A stretch of 53,049 nt of DNA, filler included, from Dirinaria sp. TL-2023a (lineage: Eukaryota): NCBI GenBank assembly GCA_051941275.1. It is 2 parts of 2 records of this genome, joined end to end, with 100 filler letters (N's around TTAATTAATTAA, not from the genome) between each part and the next. Parts side by side here need not be neighbours in the genome. Positions count along the whole stretch, not along the records: positions 1 to 26,486 come from JAVEBF010000161.1; positions 26,587 to 53,049 come from JAVEBF010000162.1. One strand, 5' to 3'. Each line of letters opens with the position of its first letter. Positions within the stretch are counted from its first letter, which is position 1. The notes below the pieces were generated by a model. The model was not told the DNA's origin. It did not search any database and was given only the letters and a program-made list of their open reading frames with translations. The translations under genes were made by a program, and so were the position numbers. Below, one piece after another: positions 24,301 through 36,328 of the stretch.

Positions 24301-24854
24301 TTGTCTGTTTATTCTCTTTCGTGATGTGTGTGTGTATCAGAAGGTGATACGGGCTGGAATATAGAGTTTGGCTGATTTTGTTGGAATTTCGCTTATATTT
24401 AGCGTCTTGGCATATTTATGTGGATTCAAGACGCCAAATCCTTCTGGCAATTCCATCCTTAGTGTCATCAAAAACGTCAATTTCCAACAGATTTGAAATG
24501 AGCATCATGTAGAATACTCAAGTGGCTAAGCTATAAGAAGTCCTGAGAGTATTGCATTCCCCTTATTCCCCAACACGAACACCCGGCCCTAGATACAGAA
24601 CACGATTCATCCAAAACGGCACAAGGCGAAAAATAAAAAAGTCGCCGCATTGTGAAGAACATCCCTAGAAGTATTGCAAGTCCCATCTTCGTTACGTGCA
24701 TCGGACTCCACGCTTCTTCCAGCTGTTTAGCCATCTCTCGATATTTCAAACTGTGCCGCACCACCATTAGAATTGCACCATCCACACTCTCCTCACGAGC
24801 GTCTCGCCCGCGGTCTCGCCTAGCTAATTTGCGCTTTCCTGAGAGAAACTTACA

Positions 24855-25765
24855 TCACTTTCGAAAAGCTAATTCCCTACGGTCCCTCCAGCTGGTACAC
24901 GGATTGAATAGCCAAGCGCCGCGATGCCGCCTTGCAAACCAGTAGTGAATGATATACGGCACGAAAAATGGAACGGCCGGGAAATTGCGCCTGCCGCCTT
25001 CGAAGCTCCGGTCTGCGATGCCGAATACGAGGGGGGCGATCCGATTCTAGTATGACCCAGACGCAGCAGTCAGTTGAAAGGTTTTAACGTATCAAAATTT
25101 TGTGCGCTCGAGAGTCTTCGTCCTAATAAATAGTAGAAAAGGGAGTGGTCTAACGTTGTCAGTCTTCATGAGTGCTTTTTCGAGACGCTGATATGCTTGT
25201 CGGATTCGCACGCTGTCGTACTTGTCCAGGCCTCGTAGGGTATCTTTCTCATCGGACAGGTGCTGGGTTAACGGCTCCGCGAAGCCTTCAATGAGACTCC
25301 TGATCTCGCGTCTATCATACTGTTCAGAATTGCAGGTCCTAGCGTACTCGTGAAAACGATCGAATCACGGGGTGAATGCTCGATGTTGCTCGAGATTGCG
25401 TTCCATGATACCTTGAACGCCGGCGATCATCTCGATGTTCGGGAAGAACTCCTTTTCTTCAGCGTCGTGATGGTGATGCATGGATTCACACCAGCACTGG
25501 CAATATGTTAAGAAGTCGCGGATCATGACCTGATCGCCGCGCGGGATGTGCGGCGCTTGGAGGTAGATGGAGTTCAATCCGCGGAGAATGCCATTATGGG
25601 CAAGCACCATCTGCGTCGCGACATAGTATGCCTCGTGAGAAGACTGAAGATGCAGTTAGTGATGGAAAAGAGGAACAGCAGCAGAGACTATGACCAGCGC
25701 ACGTCTTACGAGAACGGATCAGTACTAATCAGAGAATACTGTTGATCCGCCCACTGAGAAGACAT
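24855..25765 (-). pseudogene. Hemerythrin/HHE cation-binding domain protein with two premature stops (3 exons)
   Basis: MSSQWADQQY...; 'MVLAHNGILRGLNSIYLQAP', 'HHHHDAEEKEFFP', 'EQHRAFTP*FDRF' (TGA at 25365-25367), 'QHLSDEKDTL'; last exon 'FEGG..NFPAVPFFVPY...RHRGAWLFNPC'. A second stop (TAA) precedes the frame-compatible donor of intron 1. Confidence 0.85.
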
Positions 25766-26486
25766 TTCTGGCTCGTAGAGCAGCAGCACATAACCGGCGT
25801 CAACTTCACAAGACCTGGAGGTCAGGTATAAACATACGGAGAAATGAATACTATAACCTGAATGCAACAGTCTTTTGATCTTGTTTGGACAGATGCGGGG
25901 CTAAATCCTTCAATCCTTCGCGGCGCGACTTGTCTCCGACTTGCCCGTGGCCAAATTGAATTACAAGCTATTGCTCCTCTGACCCAACAGAGAATCCTCC
26001 ACGCTATCAGCCGAATTTTTTAAGTTGGATCTCTGATCTTTGAGCTCTGGTTCGTGCGAGAGGATTTGATATCAAGATTAGATATCTCATTTAGCAGACT
26101 CTGTTGCAGCGTGAACAAGTGCTCCATCTACCTTGCGAAGCCCCCGGTTCTTGATTTGCTGACAGTGCTTCGAAGGATTTTTAGTTATCAGCCACCAACG
26201 CTCGAACCCATTTGAAATCTTAAGCGTCTGTTCTTTTTTTCTTTTTTTTTAAGATGAATTCTCTGTTTCCTGCTCGTTTTATTCGTGAGCACAGTGTGCG
26301 ACTCACATTAGTCGAAATATCTCGAGTTGTTAATTTTCGTCATATATTGTGAGGTGAAGGGCCTCGTTTAGGGGAGCTGCGTAGTAGAAGCGAAGCTGCA
26401 GACGAGGCACAGACACACCGCGTGGACGCGGACGACGATTCTTGCTAATGAGTGAGAGGGACAAAAGAGCAGGTTGCTTCTATTGC

Positions 26487-26586
26487 NNNNNNNNNNNNNN
26501 NNNNNNNNNNNNNNNNNNNNNNNNNNNNNNTTAATTAATTAANNNNNNNNNNNNNNNNNNNNNNNNNNNNNNNNNNNNNNNNNNNN
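26487..26586. other. Artificial contig-joining spacer (N44 + TTAATTAATTAA + N44)
   Basis: Exactly 100 nt; the central palindromic 12-mer puts TAA stops in all six frames. Confidence 0.97.
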
Positions 26587-26694
26587 CCTCCCCCCACCTC
26601 CCTCCTCGCCACCAGTTTTCTTTGTTTAAAATAAAAAAAAAGAAAAAAAAAAAAAAAAAAAATTCTGCTTGCAGCACTGATCCAAAAAACGCAG

Positions 26695-27051
26695 GATACC
26701 GAAGTCCCCGGCGGTCAGAGCGTCTACATCGCCTCCAGCGGCGCCCTCGCTTTCACCCCAGCGCACAGCGCCGGCTCAATCGGCAAGGGCACCTCGACCG
26801 GCTTCTCGTACAAGAACAACACCGTCGACGGCACCTTGGGCCGGTTCAGCTTCAAAGGCCTGGGCTCGACGGGGTTCATTGCGTGCCCGCTCAACGGCAA
26901 GCCCGGGCAGCCCGGCCCGTGGCAGGTTTTTGCGGATGTGAAGGGTTTGAAGGACAGTGCGGTGCCGCATGGGAAGGTGAGCGAGTGTGTGGGGATCGAT
27001 GTCCTAGGGGCGACGTACGAGGATGGGGTCGCGGCTTGGCAGTATGATTAG
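26695..27051 (+). CDS. 3' exon of a secreted cell-wall / 'IgE-binding protein'-like gene (5' part lost at contig edge)
   Basis: After acceptor ...GCACTGAT...ACGCAG: 'DTEVPGGQSVYIASSGALAFTPAHSA...GFIACP...WQVFA...C.G.......AAWQYD*', typical of this fungal family. GC-rich codon usage. Confidence 0.8.
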   Translation, partial: DTEVPGGQSVYIASSGALAFTPAHSAGSIGKGTSTGFSYKNNTVDGTLGRFSFKGLGSTGFIACPLNGKPGQPGPWQVFADVKGLKDSAVPHGKVSECVGIDVLGATYEDGVAAWQYD

Positions 27052-27570
27052 AAAGAAGATGTGGGTGGATCTTGAGAGTATTTAGTGGAGCGCGGATTTG
27101 GAGGCTTTCATAAGGTGGTGGTGGGATTGTGCCGGGGCGCGTTGCATACTGCATAGACGGAGGGTGGATATTGTATGGGGTTGCAAATATTGGCGGACTA
27201 GCTTCTTTAGTAGCTGTAGCATATTCATTCTGTCGAAAGCATTGGGTGGAGAACAATTCTCAAGTCGCTGTGCCAGATCAGTCAAACTTTAGCGTAAAGC
27301 TCTACCATAGAGGTCCATATTCAGTTCCAAAATCATGATCCCAAGAATAGCTAAAAGGTTCGAAGAAAGAGGAGAGAAAGCTAAGACAAAGAAAAACATA
27401 AAACCATGAGCTTCTCAGCGTACCATAGTTCCATGAAAATTCCGACTTGTTTTCAGGTAGACAATCTGGACATTAAACGGCCGTTCCATTCGTCAATTGA
27501 GAGACGTCGTAAATCTTCTCGTCCCAAGTGCGCCGTTTCTTGCATTCTCTTTCCCACTAATATATCATGC

Positions 27571-29671
27571 TCAACGAGCGTTCCTCGCTCGCCAGTCTTC
27601 CTTTATCATGTCGGCCCCCTTCTCGCCAATCGCATAGACAGTCGCCTGCAAATGCGCCGCAATCTGCAAGGGCATAATACTCGCATCGCAGACTCTCAAC
27701 CCTTGAATCCCATACACTCTGAGTCGGTCGTCCACTACTCCGCCATCGATACCTTCGTGGCCGCCCATGGCACACGTGCCCACAGGATGCCAGTCCGTCA
27801 CTGTCGTCTCTCGGACCCAAGATGCGAAGTCCTCTTGTTCAAGATCTCTATCGCTTGGGGCGGGAGGGAAAACGCGCTTCACAATGATATCGGCTAGTGG
27901 ACGGGTTGAGCAGATCTTGTGTGCGGACCGCTGCGCAGCAGCCATGGTGAGGAAATCTACCTGTCCTCCGGCTCCGCCGTAGTAGCGTGGGTCTATGACC
28001 GGCTTATCGTCTGAATTCGAGGCCTTTCCATTCTGTGCGGATAATACTGGAATATGAATGCTCCCGACAGAGAAGGGATATTGAAGCATCTGCATTATGG
28101 TTCCATAGCGCTTGCCAGGCTCAGATTTATAGAATGGGCTGTAGTTGCTGACGTCGAAAATCCATTCAATCTGCCCGATTTTTTCTGGAGATGATAAGCG
28201 CTCAGAGAGGATTCTATTCCGGAGTTGTGGGGTCACTGGCTCAATTTTCGGCAACTGTGTGGCCAGGCGGGATATTTCTTCCCCAGGCATGTAGTAAGAG
28301 AAGGGGAGGTAGGCGGCAGAGTAGGACACTGCAGTCCGAGGCCCGGTCTTGGAGGTAGCGTATTCTTCATCAACTGCTGCTGCCAGACTAGGGTCATTGC
28401 GGATACTTTCGGGAGTGATGATCGAAGGATCAAGCTCATAAATCATCATTGTAACTTGCTCAATTAGTACACTGTGTTGGAGAGTACAGAGTGGTTGTCT
28501 TACCCATATGATCTTGAAGGTTTTCGCCCACTTTCGGGTTGTTGATCTTGGTTTCTACACCCCCTGCTTCGAGGATTTGAGTATTTCCAACCCCTGAAAG
28601 CTCGAGGAGCTGTGGCGATTGAACGCTGCCGGCACTAAGAACGATCTCGCCACTGGCGTGAACAGCATATTCTTGTCCCTTGTGGATAAATCGGACACCC
28701 TTTGCTATCCATTCAGTACTATCATGCTTCTTCTCGAGTATTACATCACGCGCTGTGGCCTCGGTCAGCACAACCAGGTTCTTCCGCTGCGAGGCTGGCA
28801 GGTAGTAAGCTGGGACCGAATAGCACCGTTCCTGGGTTTTTGGGTCTACTCCAGTCAGCGAAGTCCAGCAGCCGACATTGGACCCGGATAGGTGACTTCG
28901 ATTTGTTTCTATGCCAAGCTTGTTCAAGGTAGCATGCCAGTATTGACTGCTAGCGGCATAATCAGCGGCGTAAATGGTATGCAACGGCCCGTCAGTACCG
29001 TGAGAGTTTGGATTGAAGTAAGCTTGATGTTTTTCCTGGTATTCACGGTCTGGTGCTCTGAAGGTTTCGGTCTTTTTGAAGTACGGACTGGATATGTGTA
29101 AGTTTTGGGCTTGTACCTACTTTAAATGTAGAGGAACGCAAGGTAATTTCGATTTGAGGTCTGCCAATTTACAATGAAGAGCTAGGCCTTGGGGATTATA
29201 CATTCCCAGTCACAGCCCACAACTGAATCCATAGAAGCATTGGAGCTTGTAGGAGAAAGCCAGAGGCAGTATCACTTACAGCATTCCTTCCCATCCCCAA
29301 CCTTTATTGCCAAGCTTCTCCCACGCGTCGTAATCACCTTTGTTGCCTCGACACCACATCATGAAGTTCAGCGCGCTGGAACCTCCAAGGACTCTGCCTC
29401 TGTTCCAAGGTATTTTCCGACCATTACATGCGTGTTGAGGTGTAGTCTCAAATTGCCAATCATATTCCGTGAATAGAGTCTCCCCTAAGCGTCCTGGAAC
29501 ATTGATGCGAGGGTCGCCGTGAGCGCTAGGACCGGCTTCCAAGACTCCCACTGTTATCGTCGGGTCTTCCGATAGACGAGCGGCTACCACAAGGCCTGCG
29601 GTGCCGCCGCCAACGACAATGTGGGTAAGTTTGTGTGAAAGAAAACAATCTACTTCGCTAAGTGATCCCAT
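27571..29671 (-). CDS. GMC oxidoreductase (AA3_2-type, no signal peptide), 3 exons
   Basis: 'HIVVGGGTAGLVVAARLSE..VGVLEAG', 'RGRVLGGSSALN', 'LSAGSVQSPQLLELSGVG', 'VGENLQDH', 'DWHPVGTC', 'LRVCDAS', 'HLQATVYAIGEK'. Introns 29088-29279 and 28455-28503. Confidence 0.95.
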
Positions 29672-30792
29672 GGCGAAGCAAAGCAGGATTCTTAATTGAT
29701 ATTATAAATTGGACGGTGAAACTTGGTCTTGACTTTGGCTGAGCAGCGGAAGTAATAGCAGTGGGGGACAAAGCCTTCGAGGTTGTTCTGATAAGAATTA
29801 AGAAGACCTTGATGTTTGACCCGAGAGTCTCATGTATTCGGTCGATTTTATACCTAGCTGCCTTGACGATCCCATGGTCAAGATCCAGTGAAATATTTAG
29901 ATGTTGACATGGCGCTGGTCAGATATGCATAACGCAGATGGCTTGCTTATCAGATCGATTCACAATATCAAAAATCTATAATTTTGGAAAAGTCAAAAGA
30001 CTGACGGCTGTCAACCTTAGTAAGTAGCTCGGGGAAGGTCCGATGTGCCGAGGACATTTTGATTGTGACTGGTCCGGCTGTATGTATGAGATATAGCGTT
30101 GCTAGCTGTCCAATAGTTTTAGACTTGATGCTGCTTGTATCAGTAGTGGCGAATGACAGGTGGCTAGAGTGTCTTAGTCGCGGGGACGGACTCCACGAAT
30201 ATGAGGCGACTCCTGCACGTCAGTCACGTGAGCGGCAGACACGTCCAGAACTTTGGTCTAGAATTTATATCGACCCTAAAAGACCCCGAAAGTAGAATAA
30301 GTTCTCTTGATTTTTGAGTCAGCTCATTCAAACTATTCTTTCAGGCGCGCTCTAGCCTCTTCTTGATTGTAATTAGGACTAATCTTTGTACTTGCTGAAA
30401 GCACAACATTCACGAGCGCAGTTTTGGAACATTCGTCTTCAATACTGCAATTCATCACTATCTTCGCCAAGGCGCGAAGGATCGTCGAGAAGTTCAAACA
30501 TGCGGCTAGGGACCCAATGTGATAGCGGCTGCATGCAGTTTGCATGCTCACCATCCCTCGCTGCACGGATGATTCGCACGTGGCACAGTCGCGGCCTGGA
30601 TCAGATCTGGGTATCATCCTGTGCGAAAAATGCGGCGGTCATATTAGAGCTCAGACCCCGGAGATCCTGTGCCATATCACTCTTCTGATCTGATGTTTCC
30701 AATAAGGTTCTTTGGCTCGGATCTGCGAGATTGAATTTATACCAACCTTAAACTACAAGATCTCTTACTGTGAAGTTTTCAGTCGGATAATA

Positions 30793-32533
30793 ATGAAAGC
30801 TCCAGCGTCTGGCAATGGAAAACTCGATCTCGAGCGCACGCTCCCTGAGAAGAGCATCGAAGATATTCGCGTCACTACTGAGTCCGCCTCCAGCAGCCAC
30901 GATGTGCTTCCCATTCATGTCCCCGAGAAATTATCGAGATGGAACAGAGCGATCGAATCTCTAAGAGGCCTCGAAGCACGGGGCATCAGCCGGGTGCCGC
31001 CTGATGAACGCGAAGCGCCTTCCTTCGCCGGCTACGTCCAAATGGTAGTTCTTTGGTACAGTGCCAACATCACGGCAAACAATCTCGCCGTAGGATTCCT
31101 TGGGCCTTTGCTGTTCGATCTAGGATTTCTGGATAGTGCGCTCATCATAGTTTTTGCATGCTTGGTAGGGAGTCTAGGGCCGGCGTACATCTCTATCTGG
31201 GGACCTCAAAGCGGTAATCGAACTATGGTGAGCTCCCTAGCTTGAAGGTGAATTTGGAAGAGATCTGAGAGGATCAAGGTCATCGCGCGCTATTTCATGG
31301 GCTACTGGCCTTCGAAAATCACCGCCGTCCTTAATATCATCCTGATGGTCGGCTACCCTGTTCTCAGTTCGATCATTGGCGGGCAGATCCTTTCCGCGGT
31401 GAGTGGCGGCAGTATGTCTGTGATAGTCGGTATCGTAGTTATAACCCTGATCTGCTGGGTTATCGCTGTCTTTGGTATGACACCTTTCCACGTCTACGAG
31501 AGGTATGTCTATGCATTCATGACAGTCTATGACCCCCCGTTCCTGCTGGGCAAACAGTCTCAGCCAACGTGTAGCCGGCTATACTGCAAAAGATGAATTT
31601 CTTGCAAGCATCGGGCTTACAGTTTTTAGGTGGCAGTGGATACCTCAGACCTTGGTCCTCTTCATCTTGATCGGTTCAGCCGGCCCACATTTTGATACCT
31701 CCCTCCAGTCCGTCGGTAACAAAGCTACCATTGCCGCTAATCGTCTTTCTTTCTTCTCGCTCCAGCTCTCCGTGCCTCTCTCCTGGAGTGCCGCGGCTTC
31801 CGACTTCTTCGTGTATTACCCCGAGAACATGTCCAAATGGAAAGTCTTCACCATGACCTTCACCGGGCTAAGTCTCTCTTTCATCTTCGTTAACCTCCTC
31901 GGCCTAGGACTGGCAAGCGGTGTCGCGACCACCCCTGGATGGAACGATGATTACGAAACGTCATCCGGTGCACTCATTCTCGCTGGATACGATGGGCTTG
32001 GTGGATTTGGCAAGTTCTGCGCGGTTGTGGTGGCGCTGGGCCTTTGCTCAAATCAAGTGCCAAGTACGTATGCTGGAGCACTCGACTTCCAAACCCTCGG
32101 GAAAGCGTGGAAAGCAGTCCCGCGCTATGTCTGGGCTACGGTTGTGACCATCATATACTTTGTCTGCGCTGTTGCGGGACGGAACCATCTGTTCCTCATT
32201 CTCCAAAACTTTCTGGCGCTCATGGCTTACTGGCTGGTTATCTTCATCACCATCGTTTTCGAGGAGCATACCATCTTCCACCGTACAACTGCTTTTGACT
32301 GGGCGGCGTATGAAGACAAGAGGAAACTGCCAATTGGAATTGCAGCTTTAGTGTCTTTTCTAATCGGCTGGGTGGGTCCTATTGTAGGAATGGAACAAGT
32401 CTGGTGGGTGGGACCTGCTGCGAGACATCTGGGTGACACGGGTGGTGATTTGGGCATCTGGCTTGGGATCGGATTCACGGCCGTTGTGTTCCCACCTTTG
32501 AGATACCTGGAACTGAGGCAGATCGGACGATGA
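30793..32533 (+). CDS. NCS1-family purine-cytosine permease (FcyB/Fcy2/Tpn1-like), 3 exons
   Basis: 'GLEARGISRVPPDER', 'LWYSANITAN', 'WGPQSGNRTMVIARYFMGYWP', 'ASDFFVYYP', 'NFLALMAYW', 'PPLRYLELRQIGR'. Introns 31228-31278 and 31503-31629 join in frame. Confidence 0.95.
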
Positions 32534-33676
32534 AACTCGGTCCACGGATATTCCAGTGTATGTGAGAGACACCGACCAGTTATAGACCGGACCGTCATGA
32601 TTCAGAAATAGCATCAGACGACTCGGTCAAGATTCTTGCGAAACTATCTTTCCTTATATTCTAGCGTCATAATATATTCAGACGAGTATATCAGACGAGA
32701 TTGCTCGTGAAAAACTCTCCGTGCACCGAGACTTCTAGAGCGCGTATTGAGTGAAAATGCGATCTCGAACATTTGAGTGACAAGGCGGAAAACCGAGGAA
32801 GGAGAGAGCATGTCGATTATGTCGATCAATACCACGTGAGATTTCAAGAGACATTCGAAACTATCTTGAGACACCCATCGAAACTAGCTGCATAAAGCAA
32901 AGGAACTACTGACGCTACGAAATTTTACTCTGCTGCTACACGTATTGTACTCATCTATCAATACCTCTTTCATATTTTTTCTCACATATTTAATCTTCGA
33001 TGATTTGCCTATCTGACGATGGCGTTTCCGTGATGAATCAATTCATTGTCACTTTGTCAAATTGTCTTTACTTGAAAATTACATCCTGTCAGAGCAGAGA
33101 AATGAATCTTGTTGACTTCGAGGTCTTAAAGGTGTCCAATGCATCAAAAGGTGGAAATTAAGTGTATGGGATTTATATCGCTTAGCATAACACCTGGGAA
33201 TAGCCGTTTATATCTGAAGAGCTCCTCTAACTGAAATGAGAAAGTTGTTGAGAATGGAAGTTGCCGCTCAACCATTCAAGATCGATTTTGAAAGGTGTTG
33301 AGGATGGTCTTGAGTCAACAGGATCGTAGAGCATATTGCGCCACGCTGGCAGCTAGAAAATCTTTCTGCCTTGCCTCCTCCGCCCTCACTTGGGATTCGA
33401 AGTGTTTGGATGCATGATACCCGCTTCCGAAAGAGACAAATTCTTCTAGAAGAGGCAGTACGAAGCTCGTTTGGAAATTCAAAGGATTGTAAGAATGCTG
33501 GCAAGGGGAATATGTTCAATTATTTTCAAGCTGTGGGCTATGTTACCATTGCTGATAATCCTAAAAGGCCACGAATTCATCGTTTATAAATGTAGACATT
33601 ATGATATTGTATACTCACCAAGCTCCTGTCGCTAATTATTCTTCAAGGCATAAGCAAAGCAACCACGTGCTGATCC

Positions 33677-36328
33677 CTACTCATCGAACTCCTGCTGAGC
33701 CCGCTTGCTCCTTCCACGGATCTTATGACCGTGGTAGTAGAGTATAATTGGTACTGGAATAAACAAACTCGAAATTCCGGCCAGGAGCGATGCTGCGGGT
33801 CCTATGCCGAGGTTCTTGTTCATCGCTGTGGCGAACAGAGGGAAGGCCGCGCTGGCACTCGATCGGAAGAGTTCGTTACCGGCCAGTACTGAGGCGGCGT
33901 GGGATGGGTAAGCGTCTGGTAGGTAATTGAGAGACGTATACGTGATGGGGACGATGGCGATCCCGAAGAAAGTTGAGCCCACGATAGGAACGATCCAGTG
34001 CACGCTTTTTCTGGCACTCCAACCAAATGCAAGGAGAGAGAGGGGAACTAAGAACGCGCCTACGATTGCAGGCGGTAGACGCTTCTCAGGCTTGATTTGC
34101 CCTGATGAGTTGACCTGAGGTTCGATGCGATAACGAAGGTAAATGAACATGGGAACTGCGCTAAGCACACTTCCCACAAACAGGCCAAAGAAAGCAGCCC
34201 CGGTCTGCCCGAGGTTGAACCCATAGATGCCCTGGAATACCATGGGGAAAGAATCGAGAGAGGAAAAGAGAATGGCGTTCAACAGCGCGATGTAGAGGTT
34301 GATGACAAGAAGGATTGGTTCAGTAAAGGCCATGACGAAGGGTCTGGCGAGCAATCTCTGTGCCGTGTCTAACAAACTCAGCTGCCCTCCGAGCACATCT
34401 TGCTCCGAGCGAAGCGTCTTATTTCCAGTAAGCACGCGAAGACGTCTGCTACGACGGTAGAGAATATTAGACTGGTTCGTTTCGGGCATGAGAAAGATTA
34501 AAAGTACGAGCACTCCACCGGAGAACCACATGAGCGTCCAGGCCGTCCATCGCCAGCCGTTAGCTTGTGCAGCGAAGCCACCAATTGTCGGACCAAGCAC
34601 TGGCACCAAATTAGCCCTCCCCTTCGTTCAGCTTGAGTACCCGTCTCACCTGGTGCAGCAATGGAGACGACGTCCCATAGAACGATGGCATAGCCTCTCT
34701 GCGCCGGAGTGTACATGTCGTTAATACTAGCCCCACCAATAGCCAAAACCGGCGCTCCAAATATACCGGTGAGGATTCGGAAGGCAAGCAGCATGCCAAT
34801 GTTCACTGCCAAAGCTGTTCCGGCCTGTAAACCCACGAAGACGAGGAGTGTCACAATGTATACCGGTTTGCGGCCTATTCGAATTGCCTCGGACATTGGT
34901 GACCAGACCATGACACCAAGACCGTACCCAAGTATAGCCAGACTGCTGGTCAACGTTGCTAATTCGCTACTAACACCGAAATGATTCTCCAGGTTGCTTG
35001 AAGCCGGTGAAAAAATGGACGTGCCGATGTAGGTGCATAACGTGAGAAGGTAGACTTGCGCCGAAACAAAGGCTCGTTTTCGATGAGTCCAATTGAGTGG
35101 GTTCTACAACTCGTCAGTCTCGTGTTATAAGGAAGGGGCCCCCACAACTCACTGCTGGATCCTGTGGTCCGAACCAGACGACGACGTTGCGGACCTGCTC
35201 TGCCGTAGGTATTTTCTCCACTTTGGCCGTTTCAGTCTCCTCGTCGTATCCGGCTTCTAGCTTCACAGCATTCCAAGCGGTTTCGGTGCCCTCTGCCTTC
35301 CATTCGAGCGCTGGATCTCCGTCTACCTGCCCTTCTTGCATGCTGATCTCCATACCCTCCTGGCCCATGGCTGCCGTGACCCATTGTTGCTCGGGCTTCT
35401 CTGTTCCAGGGACGGTGGCGCTGTTACTAGGTCCAGATTGAGACAAGGCGGTGTTGCTTCCATTATAGGGAGTATTTACATTGGTCGTCGCCTTTGAGGT
35501 GTTTTCGGCGTTCCATGCTTGCTCTGGGTTCTCTTTAACGGAAATCGGACCTGTAATGTTAAGTTGGCGTTGAAGCGAGGCGGTGCTGCATCGTTTTTCG
35601 GGATTGCTGGGGTCACTTGTCGTATTTGAATCCTTTGGGGTGATCCATTCTTGCTCCTGTTTTTCTTTCTCAGGCGTAACAGCGGTGCTCACAGGTTTAG
35701 GTTGGGCTAAGGCGGTGCTGCTTCCACTGCAGAGGCTATTGGCGTCACTTCCAGTCTTGGGGCCCTTTTCGGCGATCCAATCATCATGCTCTGGCTTCTT
35801 TTTGGTCGTGGGAGTGATATCACTGGGTCCTTTCTGGAGCGAAGGGAAGCTGCGTTCATCATGAGGTACATCGGGAGCACTTGCTGTCTTTGAGGTGGTT
35901 GTGATCATCCGTTCTCGCTCTGGTTCCTGGTCTCCGGTGGTCGCGGCGGTGCTGTTGGATGCAGGTTGAGGCAGGGCAATGCTGTGTTCTCGAGAAGGTG
36001 TATTGGGGCTGGTTTTCCGGGCGGTCTGTGCTTCTCCTTGGTCCGATGTCTCTGCTCTCTGGATTTGGTATTCAGTAGATGGTTTTCTTAGGTCGAGCTC
36101 ATCTGTGCCTGCCTCCAAAGATGACTGGTGACTAGCTGGAGCAGGATACTTTCCACTTACCTGAGGCTGCTGCAGCGGTCCGCTGCTGGAGAGCTTCGTC
36201 GACTTCTCTGTCGACACGTACATCCGCCACAGGGAAGGGTCTTTATCCTCCGCATGGGGGAGGATCTTCCCGCTAGAGAGCCAGCGGAGAAGGTGCCCAA
36301 CCATGGTATCTCTGAGGAGTTCCAGCAT
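33677..36328 (-). CDS. MFS drug:H+ antiporter DHA1 (Mdr1/Flu1/Caf5-like) with a greatly expanded repeat-containing N-terminal cytosolic region
   Basis: 'MLELLRDTMVGHLLRWLSSGKILPHAEDKDP' start, 'VVWFGPQDPA/NPLNW', 'WSPMSEAIRIGRKPVY', 'GPTIGGF...WRW', 'PETNQSNIL', 'PEKRL', 'YLPDAYP..AASVLAGNELFRS'. Introns ~35105-35152 and ~34600-34649. Confidence 0.92.
35381..35980 (-). repeat. Diverged coding tandem repeat, 88-aa period made of two 44-aa subunits, in the MFS N-terminus
   Basis: IALPQP, TALAQP and TALSQS recur exactly 88 aa apart; Trp recurs every 44 aa (DDWI, QEWI, QAWN, QQWV). Confidence 0.75.

Noticed and set aside
12780..25765. Alternative genetic code, stop read-through or A-to-I stop-codon editing as the cause of in-frame stops
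   Set aside because: Stops are of mixed type and mostly appear to replace non-Trp residues, frameshifts accompany some, and intact genes end normally at TGA and TAG.
26622..27047. 141-aa poly-Lys ORF
   Set aside because: Artefact of an intronic poly-A run; the real coding frame is 26695-27051.
29088..29279. Long GMC intron (and NCS1 intron 31503-31629) as possible snoRNA hosts
   Set aside because: No clear C/D or H/ACA box pair seen; an Infernal/Rfam search would be decisive.
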